From the NCBI GenBank assembly GCA_002269645.1, contig NIVC01001550.1, positions 1 through 64,000 on the forward strand: a DNA stretch of 64,000 nt, read 5' to 3'. Within the stretch, counting starts at the first letter, position 1, and the number at the start of each line of letters is the position of its first letter. Below the pieces are notes generated by a model, which did no database searches, had not been told where the DNA came from, and was given only the letters and a program-made list of their open reading frames with translations. Position numbers and translations under genes: made by a program. Shown piece by piece: positions 12,601 through 24,300 of the stretch. Origin of the DNA: Macrostomum lignano. Its lineage: Eukaryota.

Positions 12601-15600
12601 CAGATTCTCTCAGAAACCAAGGGCAGATTCTCTCAGCAACCAAGGGCAGATTCTCTCGGAAACCAAGGGCAGATTCTCTCAGCAACCAAGGGCAGATTCT
12701 CTCAGAAACCAAGGGCAGATTCTCTCAGAAACCAAGGGCAGATTCTCTCAGAAACCAACATCAATCACGGGCAGATTTTCTCAGAAACCAACATCAATCA
12801 CGGGCAGATTCTCTTAGAAACCAAGGGCAGATTCTCTCAGAAACCAACATCAATCACGGGCAGATTCTCTCAGAAACCAAGGGCAGATTCTCTCAGTAAC
12901 CAAGGGCAGATTCTCTCAGCAACCAACATAAATCACGGCCAGATTCTCTTAGAAACCAACATCAATCACCGCCAGATTTTCTCAGAAACCAACATCAATC
13001 ACGGGCAGATTCTCTCAGAAACCAAGGGCAGATTCTCTCAGTAACCAAGGGCAGATTCTCTCAGAAACCAAGGGCAGATTCTCTCAGAAACCAACATCAA
13101 TCACGGGCAGATTCTCTCAGTAACCAAGGGCAGATTCTCTCAGCAACCAACATAAATCACGGCCAGATTCTCTTAGAAACCAACATCAATCACGGCCAGA
13201 TTTTCTCAGAAACCAACATCAATCACGGGCAGATTCTCTCAGAAACCAAGGGCAGATTCTCTCAGTAACCAAGGGCAGATTCTCTCAGAAACCAAGGGCA
13301 GATTCTCTCAGAAACCAACATCAATCACGGGCAGATTCTCTCAGTAACCAAGGGCAGATTCTCTCAGCAACCAACATAAATCACGGCCAGATTCTCTTAG
13401 AAACCAACCTTAAAAAAACCTCAAACAGATTATCTGTATCTCTTGTCCAACACCATTTTTAGAAGTCAACGGTTCAAAAGTTGAGTAGCTGTGAAGCTGC
13501 AGCCATAGACAACTGGCAGGCTTACAGAATTACTACAAGAACTAGAGAGTTTTTGTAAGCAGCACATCTAGGCACTGATGTCATGAATTGCACATAAACA
13601 AGATTATCTATCTATTAACTAATAAAAACATCTAACATAGCAATGGAAAATGTGAAAATCGAGGAACTACTATTTGTATCAATTATCACGCCTGCTATTC
13701 TGGTCAGTATGATGCTAATTGGAGGAAGCTGCTACCTGATTGCATCTTCAATTGCTAATGGAAAAAAGAAAACCTGAGCTAAGCACTAACTGCAATAAAC
13801 TGTAATGCTAATGTGAACTGATAGATTGACTTTAATATTGAACTATGTACTATTGTTATTAAATGTTGTTTGCATACTTTGTCTTGTTTTTTATTTTTCT
13901 TGTTATGGAAATTAAAAAAAACTTACTCTGTAAATGTAATGAAACAGTAAAAAATATTTCTATGAGTAAAGAAATATATCCAATGACTAACTTTTGTTAC
14001 CACTCTGATCAGCAAATTCTTATCAAGAAGTGCTAAGCAAAATCTTGCTTGAAAACTCTAGAGAAGAAAATTCCAGAAATTTATAAAGATGTGCTCAGTG
14101 AGCTAAGACAACTTGAATGAGAAGGAATCCCCAAATCTTCTGCAAAGCATATAGATGGGTCTGTGGCTCAGTTCCAATTGTCACTAACTAGATGAGACAT
14201 AGATTATTGCACTAGCTTAGAAAGGGATTATTGCACTAGATTAGAAAGGGATTATTGCACTAGCTTAGAAAGGGATTATTGCACTAGCTAAGAAAGGGAT
14301 TATTGATTGCACTAGATGAGTAAAGAATTGTTGCACTAGCTAAAAATAGATTATTACACTAGCTAAGATAGCTTGGATCTTAAGATTAGGATCTAAAGCT
14401 TAGAAAGGGATTATTTCACTACATGAGAAAATTATTATTGCACCTAATAAGTCATGATTTAGTGCACTAGATGAAAAAGGGATCATTGCACTAGCTGAGA
14501 AAATGATCAATAGATCATATATACACAACCTTGGGAATCACTCAGCCATTTCTATTAGCAAATAGAAACTGTTTATACCAATATTATTAAGAAGTCTAAG
14601 ACATAAAACATCAATGCCAAATTCTGAGATAGGCCCTACTTATTACCTTAAAGCAACCCTATTAAAAATTGAAAATAATTTAATGCAATAGACTAGGAGA
14701 TTGCCAGAGTTTCTAAATTATATATATAAAGCTATTTGAAAAACGGTGCAAGCATATTCTAGTTTCTGTTACAAAAGGTAATAAGTCTATTTTGAAGAAA
14801 AATATAGTAGTGCTTAAGAGATAAAGAAAATACCAATAAAAAATAAAAATCTTTAAATTTGGTAGGCCTATTATTATTTTAAAGAAATTAAGTAGAGCCT
14901 ATCAGAAATTTGTGCAATTGCAAGTTATTGTAAAGGTAAAATAAGCATGATTTTTATTTTATTATAATCTGGAGTGGTCTAGAATGTACAAAGTGGTCCA
15001 GAAAGGTCTCCTGGACTACAAACAGAGTTTTCTCTGCACTGGATTGATGGATTGGGCTGAAACTTTACCTGCTTAAACTTTATTCTGAATTTATTTTTTT
15101 TGTCTAAAAATCTTAGCAATTGCTAAAAAATCATGAAGTTACAGCAGTTTTTCTAAAAAACACTGTTTTCACTTACTGATATGCACATTTCATTCTAGCT
15201 TTATGACTTACATGCCAGTTGAAAGATTTAAAATGGCATCCTAGCTGGATGAATTGAAGAGTCTGCTGTTGGTCCAGTGGCAATAGTATTATGAGCTCAA
15301 TTTGGCTGCCAACCAATACCCTCCAGATGCTAAGACCATCAAAGATATACTTAAGGTGGCCTGTGAGTTTGGTTTGGCTTGATGACCAATTTCTGGGTGT
15401 CCATGGACTGCTTGTTCTGCTGAGAATATAGAACAAGTTGTTCAACACTTCAAGGAGCAACCACAACAGTCAGTATATTGTGCAAGTTGGGAGCTGAATG
15501 TTAGCCATCAGTCTGGATAAGAGTGGCTTTCACCCCTATCACATGCGCCGTCAACAGGCAATGAATGAGGCCAACCATGAGGTGCAAGTGCTATTTGCAA

Positions 15601-17679
15601 CTGATATGCTAGAGATGTTTGACAGTGATCCTGAAATGTTAACCAACATTTTCTCTGATGAGGCTCATTTCTCCCTGCATGGCCATACTAACACCTGGAA
15701 CTTGTGGTATTGGGCCATTGAAAACCCAGATTTCTCTATCCAGATGCTCCTTCACAGTCCACACATCTCATGCTGGGCTGGAATTTGGTCCCGCAGCATT
15801 GTTGGACCTTGACTTTGACTTACTTGACACAAGGATGCACAGGGTGCAACTGTTACAATAAATTATGAGTGGTACATAGAAATGCTGGATACAAAGTTTC
15901 TGCCTATGGTTCAGAATTACGAGGCATTTGTTGCTGATGACTTGTGGCTGATGCAGGATGGTGCTCCAGCCCATATCAAGCTTAATGTGCGTGCATGGAT
16001 TCAGCACAACTTTGAGGAGCGTGAAATAGGATGCTATGGGACAATTCATTGGCCTGAATGCAGTTTGGCCTGAACGCAGTCCTGATCTCAACCCTATGGA
16101 CTTCTTTGTCTGGGGATGGGTAAAAGACAACATCTACCAACAGCCAGTGGACAGCCTAGATGAGCTTAAGGCATGGATAATGCAGGTAATGCAGGATATG
16201 CCAGTGGACTTTGCTGTCAACAGCCTAGATGAGCTTAAGGCATGGATAATGCAGGTAATGCAGGATATGCCAGTGGACTTTGCTGTCAACAGCCTTGATA
16301 GCTTTAAGAAGTGCCTGCAGACTTGTATCAACAACAAAGGTCATCTTGTGGAGCAGTGACTAATAGCTACATAGCAGATTGTGCTAAAACCCAACTGATT
16401 TAACAAAAAAACAATGTTTTTTAGAAAAACTGCTATAATTTCATGATTTTTTAGCAATTGCTAAGATTTTTAGACAAAAAATTATATTCAGAATAAAGTT
16501 AAAGCAGGTCAAGTTTCAGCCCAATCATCAATCCAGTGCAGAGAAAACTCTGTTTATAGTCCAGGAGACCTTTCTGGACCATCCTATATATATATAAACA
16601 ATTGAATATTGCAATGCAAAAACGGCCTATATTGTCACAAAAGTAAAGTTGCACAATTTTGAAAATTTGGTATACGTAACAATGTCACATTTCAATTTTT
16701 GGTATACCTAGTATAACCTAAAATTTTGCCTAAAAAACTCTGGTTTACATTAGACATCTTCCTAACAGTGGTAGGCCCCTAATGCTAGAAATGTTTAACA
16801 TAAATTTGAGTTTAGGATTTGGGCCCCTTAACCTTAAGGGGTTGGTACCATTGCCATTGGTATACTTGCAAAAAAATTAATAGGCCTAAACATCTCAAGT
16901 CAAAATGATATGAAAATGAACAAAGTTGCTAGTCTAATTAGGTTATTTCTGGCAGTTGTTATTTGTCCAATGATTGGACGAATAGCCTTTTTGCTATTTG
17001 TCTGGTTAAATTGCTAACATAAGTATATATTTGTTTAGTGATGAATATTCTAGATTTTTAGACCTTTTCTCATATCCTGATTAATATTTTGTTGTATACT
17101 AATGCAAGCAAAGCATATATGTATAATGCATATGCAATTTGGCATAATTTGGTATATATGACATACACTAGTATAACAACATAATAATCAAGATACAAGT
17201 TAGAAGTCTTTGAAGTCGAGGAATATTCATCCTTGTAGTTTCTATAAAATCCAGAATATCAATTTAACTGGACAAATAACAAAATGCCTATTTGTCTGGT
17301 ATTAACTGGATAAATAGGGAAACATGGCTATTATCCAGTAATTGGTCAAATAACCACATCACTATTCATCCAGTCATCAGACAAATAACAACTGCCTACT
17401 TTTTTACTCTCATCCAATTCATTTTGAGTCAACTCCTAACCAGTGTTAGTTATGCAGTGCTACAATCTCTAGCCTATTGATAATTATCATACAGATGCCA
17501 TATGGCCAGTTGATCACATCGTATTTCAATAAATATAACTGTACACATACAGTGCATACTAAGCCAAGTTTACAAGTTACAGTAGGCCTACTTAATTCCC
17601 CTTGCCAGCTGGCTACCTTTCCAGATGAACTTCCACCAGCGACGCCAATTAAAATAGTTCGCTTGTTGTTTGCAGACAT
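9680..17679 (-). CDS. UCK: Uridine-cytidine kinase-like protein (4 coding exons, ~279 aa; catalytic residues altered)
   Basis: Exons 17679-17617, 12097-11944, 11462-11222 and 10061-9680, all phases compatible with GT-AG junctions. Motifs: IGVAGGSSSGKTS (P-loop), [49 protein letters not shown]. Confidence 0.9.
10185..11165. repeat. CAA-rich degenerate satellite filling UCK intron 3
   Basis: Repeats of CAACCAACACAAATCAA; almost no G on the plus strand. Confidence 0.9.
11490..11745. repeat. Degenerate ~29-bp repeat in UCK intron 2
   Basis: Recurring GAGTAGATTTGGGAGATTTTGGGGATT. Confidence 0.8.
12185..13410. repeat. 23-bp minisatellite with a longer variant unit, UCK intron 1
   Basis: Unit AAGGGCAGATTCTCTCAGCAACC; the distal part adds AACATCAATCAC. 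Confidence 0.95.
14989..16586 (+). mobile_element. Decayed DD41D (rosa-type) Tc1/mariner-superfamily transposon in UCK intron 1
   Basis: Imperfect TIRs of ~180 bp (14989-15169 / 16408-16586), with TA on both sides; internal degenerate transposase. Confidence 0.85.
15233..16359 (+). pseudogene. rosa-like DD41D transposase pseudogene
   Basis: Motifs FSDEAHF, LMQDGAPAH and WPERSPDLNPMDFFVWG. There are 41 residues between the second and third D once a 16-bp duplication (ttggcctgaaYgcagt, ~16049-16080) is removed. Several stops and frameshifts, plus a 69-bp in-frame tandem duplication (SLDELKAWIMQVMQDMPVDFAVN x2). Confidence 0.85.
16951..17396. mobile_element. Possible MITE remnant
   Basis: Perfect 17-bp inverted repeat GGCAGTTGTTATTTGTC (16951-16967 / 17380-17396), with recurring subterminal TATTTGTC motifs. 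No clear TSD. Confidence 0.4.
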
Positions 17680-18368
17680 TGTAAAAGTTTTAATTTAGTA
17701 AAAGTAAAAATATCTGGATGGTTAAGAACTTAAGAAAAAATTAACTTTAAATAACTTAACTCAATACTCAATTCAGTACGTTTGTGGATAATTATTTTAC
17801 TTCACAAATTCTAACTGTATCAAGTGCAATGTCTGAGTTAAAAAAAGCAAATGTAAGATACAGAACTCGCATTAGGCCCTTGACAGTAATAATGATTACT
17901 TGCTTCAAAGCGCAGTATGTATTTATTTAACTGTCACGAGCTCAACTAGACACGTGCACATTTTAAATTTTCTAAGAATCATTCGTTTGTTAATTCGTAA
18001 TGTCGATTGTGACTTTGAATCATCTAATCTTTATTTCAGTCTAAATTCATCATTAAAACATACAAGCTCATATTAAAAACTATTTTTGATCAATTTAAAA
18101 TACTCTCAATATTGATGACAATTATTTAGATTTAGTCCATCTAGATCCAATTAGTGCAGCAGGCCAGCAGTTTTGTGTACAATGTAAATATGCATTGTGC
18201 ACGGTCGTGTAACCCACACAGAAGGGCGCTGTGATGTCAGTGTACACAATGTGCATATGCACATGTATATATTTAGTTCCTTGAGGAACAAAGTTGAGCA
18301 ATTTATTTTCTAATATCATGTAACGTAACTTGCCATGAATTGCAGGTAACACTGTGTATGGTTTACAC

Positions 18369-18812
18369 CAGGGGCGTCGCCATGGATTTTATGGTGGGGG
18401 GACAAAGCCAAGAATTCTACATGTACATGTAAACGAATAAATTCCTACATGTACATTCTTTTCAGAATTGGTGTTGTCAGCACTCATTTTAGCGCCACAG
18501 GGACTCATTTTAGCGCACCATAAGCACTCATTGAAGCGCCGCAGGGACTCATTTTAGCACCACAGGCACCATTTTAGCGCCACAGGGACTCATTGAAGCG
18601 CCACAAGCACTCATGCATTTTAGCGCCAAAAGCACTCATTTTAGCGCCGCAGGTGCTATATGTTTTGTCGCCATGCAGCAAAATTATTGATTTCCACAGC
18701 GGGCCACAAGGTGGGGTGGGGGGGGGACAAAGCATTGGCATGCCCCCCCCCCCGATTTTTTTCTGGGGGGGGGGGCATGTCCTCCCTTTCCCCCCCGTTG
18801 GCGACGCCCCTG
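18369..18812. mobile_element. hAT-type MITE, 444 bp
   Basis: 14-bp TIRs CAGGGGCGTCGCCA / TGGCGACGCCCCTG; exact 8-bp TSD GTTTACAC (18361-68, 18813-20); internal ~20-bp subrepeats (actcattttagcgcc); no ORF. Confidence 0.88.
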
Positions 18813-20222
18813 GTTTACACATATGTAAATATCTCAACAAAAAGTGTTGATAGGACTATTTTAAAAACAAAAATCTCTTGCCTGTGAAGCTAAAAAGATT
18901 TTGTCAGTGACTAAAAGAACTGAGACTTTTGCCCCCACCCTTCCCTGACAAAAATATTGAATATTTCCTCGGAGAGTGTGATTACATGTACATATGTACG
19001 TTAAAATGACATAGATGATAGATCATAATGAGTATTTCGGCTCTGCTGTCTCCTGAACCCCAAAATGAAAACCTGGATAACGCCACATATGGTGGGTCCC
19101 CTTTAAAGACTCCCAAAATGCAGTATGTATGGGCATTCCCCCGCTTTCCTCTCAAATAGAAAAAAAATCGGTACATGTAGGCGTCCATATATTGATCGTA
19201 TGTATGCCGTTAGTTGTAGATCAGTTAAGCGCTTTGCACAGCGTTAACAACTAAAAAGGCAGTTTGATCTCTAATTCTTGTTGACACGACGAAGCAGCAC
19301 ACTCTGTAAATTGTTTGGCACAATTCTGACTTGACCTCGGAGGTCGGAGCGATATACAGCTGTATAAAAGCGTCTCGTAAACAAAAACATGAAGCTGATA
19401 TTTATATAGGCTAAAGCTCTACCCAGGAAAATGTAAAACGTCTAAAAGTAGCAGCAAGAGCAAAACAACAAACCGAGTCAAACGAACCCTCCCGTTCTGA
19501 TCTGACCCCTTTCATGAAGGATTGACTCTGGCATGCTGTCCACAAGCACAAGTCTTCGCCGCCAATCGCCTTCCCTCACTGCTGCTTCCCTGCTTCAGCC
19601 GAGACCTCGCAGCCCCGTCCACGCGCGCAGACAAGCCGTCACAACAACCTCTGCCCCCATCCAGCCACCCCACTAACGCCCCCGGAGAGGGGAGCTGTAA
19701 TGCCGCAATTTCATTGGACGACACGCCCTGTTTGTGTTGTTTGTTTCCAAATGTTCTTTCTTATTTAACCCTGAAGCCCACGCCCGCGCACACCCACACG
19801 GGAACGGAGGGCTTAAAGGGAGAGGAGATAAGAGCAATATCGAGGGCATTAGAGAAGTAAAAATAGACGGCCCAAACACTGCCTGCAGCTGGTGTAAGCC
19901 CCACACTGCTTGAGACTTGAGAGTTGAGTGTTTACAGACAAATTGTGTTTTGTTTACCATCGTGCGGCTTCGGGCGGCGCACCGCAACCCGAGCCTTCTC
20001 TACTTCAGAGTATAATCTCTATACACTGTAAAGGGACCTCTTTTGGCTATATAGCTAACTCCAGTAGCGCGTTATTATATAGTTACAGGTCACAGGACTT
20101 CACTCAGCAGAACTTCACGCCGCGCCACTCTCAAGTTCGGTTTTCCTCTGCTAATCGTTGCCACTAATTAATTGTTTTGGATTGTTGACCAACAACAATC
20201 CAGATTAGATCACAGGAACCGA

Positions 20223-21297
20223 ATGCAATCGGCTATGATGGACCTGAGCCAGAGCAAATCTAGAAATTTGTCTGCTTCTAGCAACAGCTCGCCGCCGAGT
20301 GACAGCAACGCGGAGAACATAGTGAGATTTTGCCCGTTATGGTTTTTGAGGCCTATAGTCAAGGAGGGCTTTTTTCACAAGCTTGAAACTTCATTTGTCG
20401 AAAAGTCTTTCTGCAGGCTTCTTTGAGATTTTGAAAGTGACTGTGTAAGTCTTTTTTTTAACGAAGTTGAAGTTTTCAGCTGATAAAGTTTCGAGCTTGT
20501 GAAAGCAGTCCTTGTCAACAATATGCTGCTTCATTTTTCTTCAATGCCTAATTCATAACTTCAAGAGAATCGGGCAGCAAGAACTGCAGAGACAACTGTT
20601 TCAACTTTGGCAACAGCAGCAGCAACAGCAGTCTCAGCAGCAACTCCAACAGCACGAGGTGTCCTCCGCTCTGCTGTCATTGAGTGGCAGCAACACTTGG
20701 TCGCCCGGCGGCAGCCTTGGCTCTGGTCGGCCGCCGGGCCACTCCTGCTTCGCCCAGCCGCCCTCGGATGCGTCAGCCACAGCCAGCGCAGCCGCCGCCG
20801 CTGCCGACGCTCTGTGGAAAGCGCGTGGCATTCAGCAGCAGCAGCAGCTCCTGCAGATGCAGTCGCAGCCGCCGCCGCCACCGCCGCTGCAGCCGCAGGA
20901 TCCCGCAGCTACCGGCTTGGCGGACGCAGCTGGCCATGCTCTCCTCGAGGCGGCTTCTCTGTTCAACGTCAGCTCCGGCCCCACCGATTCGCAGCTGCAG
21001 CAGCCAGCCGCAACTCCCAGCTCCGGTTGGTGCCGCTGGCCCGGCTGTCACCACCGAGGACCTCAGTCGGAGGTCGAGCTGTCAGCCCACGCTGTCCGCG
21101 AGCACCCGCTGGACTTTGCCAGGCTGGGCCAGCTGCGAGCCCAGGTGGCCTGCGTGCGCGCGATTGAGGCCCGCCTGGCCGAGGAGCGGCTCCGCCTGAT
21201 GGACATGGCGAGGCATCTGCGCGACTGTCTGGCCGAGAAGCAGGCTGTTGAGTTTGAGCAACAACAACAACATCAACAGCAACAACAACAACAACAA

Positions 21298-21338
<41 letters not shown>

Positions 21339-24300
21339 GCACTATAATGTCACTTTATCGCGCATGACGTCTGGATTAGCTCAGGGCAGCAGCTGCCAAC
21401 AACAGCAGCAGCAGCAGCAAGTACAGAATGGACCTTCGCATCAGCCGGCTCAGCTACTGCCAGTCTCCCCTAAGCCGTCAGCGCAGTTGTCTGTGGCCGG
21501 CTGTAGCGGCGTCTCTGCCAGTGGCGCAAGCGGAGCCTGCGGTCCGTCAAGACGCGGACGGCTGCCGGAGAAGTGCGCACTGCCCCTTAGCGGAGGTGAG
21601 ATCTTTAGGCTCAAGAACTGGCTCATATTTCTTGGAATAATGCTTCATCCAAAAAACTGCCTCAGTTTGATTCTTGACGGTCTGATTCTGGTTGCGCGCT
21701 TCTAGCACACGACGTGATTCTGGTTGCGCGCTTCTAGCACACGACGTGATTCTGGTTGCGCGCTTCTAGCACACGACGTGATTCTGGTTGCGCGCTTCTA
21801 GCACACGACGGGATTCTGGTTGCGCGCTTCTAGCACACGACGTGATTATGGTTGCGCGCTTCTAGCACACGACGTGATTCTGGTTGCGCGCTTCTAGCAC
21901 ACGACGTGATTCTGGTTGCGCGCTTCTAGCACACGACGTGATTCTGGTTGCGCGCTTCTAGCACACGACGTGATTCTGGTTGCGCGCTTCTAGCACACGA
22001 CGTGCTTCTGATTGCGCGCTTCTAGCACACGACTCGAAGATATTGAAGATAAAGCTCAAAAGACTAAGGATTCTTGTAAACAATTTTTTTAATCCCAACA
22101 TCCCACGAGGTCGATTCACCGCCAGCGTACCCGCCTTTTCTGGTTGCAGACTTTCAGAAAAATCGCGAATTCTACAACAGAAGCGATACGAGACCGCCAT
22201 TTACCTACGCGTCGTTGATTAGACAGGTGCTTACGATTTTAATCGGAGTTGCCGCCGCCTTACACTATGTATTTGTTTTCAGTTCCAACATATCAGTTCC
22301 ACTGTTTCCTTTGCAGGCAATCATCGAGTCAATTAATCGGCAGTTGACTTTGAACGAAATCTACATTTGGTTTCAGCGAAACTTTGCGTTCTTCCGGCGA
22401 AATGAGGCCACGTGGAAGGTGAGGGTAGTTACAGAGTTCGAATGGGGTAACTTCCCAGAATCTTGCAAGGATTCTGTGCATTGGTAGCAGAATTTTCAAA
22501 TAGAAAAAGAGCTTTATGGCTCAATCACTTAGTAGTTCGGTGGCTCACTCATTCACTCATTCTGTCAGTCACTCGGTCTTTTATTCACTCAGTCACTTGA
22601 TCATTTATTCACTCAGTCAGTCAATCACTCGGTCATTCATTCACTCAGTCAGTCAATCACTCGGTCATTCATTCACTCAATCCGTCGGTCACTCGATCAT
22701 TCATTCACTCAGTCAGTCAATCACTCGGTCATTCATTCACTCAATCCGTCAGTCACTCGATCATTCATTCACTCAGTCAGTCAATCACTCGGTCAGTCAG
22801 TCACTCAGTCACTCCTTCACTCATTCACTCCTTCACTCAGTCACTCCTTCACTCGGTCACTCGGTCATTCATTCACTCAGTCAGTCAATCACTCGGTCAG
22901 TCAGTCACTCAGTCACTCCTTCACTCATTCACTCATTCACTCATTCACTCCTTCACTCGGTCACTCGATCATTCATTCACTCAGTCAGTCAATCACTCGG
23001 TCAGTCAGTCACTCAGTCACTCCTTCACTCATTCACTCCTTCACTCAGTCACTCCTTCACTCGGTCACTCGGTCATTCATTCACTCAATCAGTCACACTC
23101 GGTCAATAATTCACTCAGTCGGTCACTCGGCCAGTCAGTCAGTCAGTCAGTCAGTCAGTCAGTTAGTCACTCGGTCATTCATCCAGGCTCTCATTTGTAG
23201 CCTCAGTGACTCATTCACTTATTAAATTGCCCATAATAAAAAATTCTTTGATCAATGCCCCTCACTTTGATTTCAGCTTTCTATAGTGCAATTTTTCTGT
23301 TGACAGTATTTTTAATGGTGTGGGCAAAAGCAAAATAATTGACTCTCAAAGCGCGGCAATGCCATCCTCTCTGAGTTGTTTATCAAACAATCTTGCCGCG
23401 TTTCTGCGCAAAAACAGTGGCTTGACCGAGAAAACAACACATTTCGTAGGCGACTGGGGCAGCTGCAGTTTAACCAGCTGATGCAGCGGCCGCCCCAGGC
23501 AGTGATTAAGAGCCGCCGAAAAGCAGCCGATCAGGTACCAGGTACTCCTACTCAGCAACAGGTATTTATTCTACGAGTTCTATGCTCAGATCATCCTGTT
23601 GCAGACTTCTCAGCTCAATATTACGGCTCTCCAAAGTGTTAATTTCTGACTTTACTTTACCAAAACACAAGGCGATCTTAGAAGGCTACAGAAAGTACAT
23701 AGAAATACAGGAAGCGCGATCGGGCAGAGACGGAGCTTATTCAGCAGTGTAGCATGATAGATACCATGCTAATGCACTTTAGAGCAGAGGGCGAGGGGGT
23801 TATCCATGCCATCCCTTTCTCCCCTCATCATCCTTTCCCGGTCGGGTAGTGAGGGAAGGTAATCAGGGCTGGAGGGAGCACGGGTGTGCACTATATTAAT
23901 AAATACTCGTCGCACGTCATGTTGTTTACTCCGGAAGCCGGGTGAGCTGTGTGCTGGCGGGGGTGCAGCGGTGCCGCTGCTCACAGTGCGGTACGAGTTT
24001 ATTAGCCATATCTTTCTTGCTCAAGTATACTCTGCAGTGTGTGGGGCTCTATACTTGGCACATGTTGTACAGAAAATAAAAACATTTTTCTTGCTTTTTA
24101 TCATGCTAATGTGCGTGAATGTTTGTCTGGCTAGAACTCCTCCCATTATAGCGCATCAGCAGTCACGCTGCCATGCATTCACGCAGTCAGCTACTCACTG
24201 ATTCGCTGAATAGCTTACAACTTCACTCATTCACTCCTTCACTCGATCACTCCTTCACCCAGTCACTCCTTCACTCAGTCACTCCTTCACTCGATCACTC

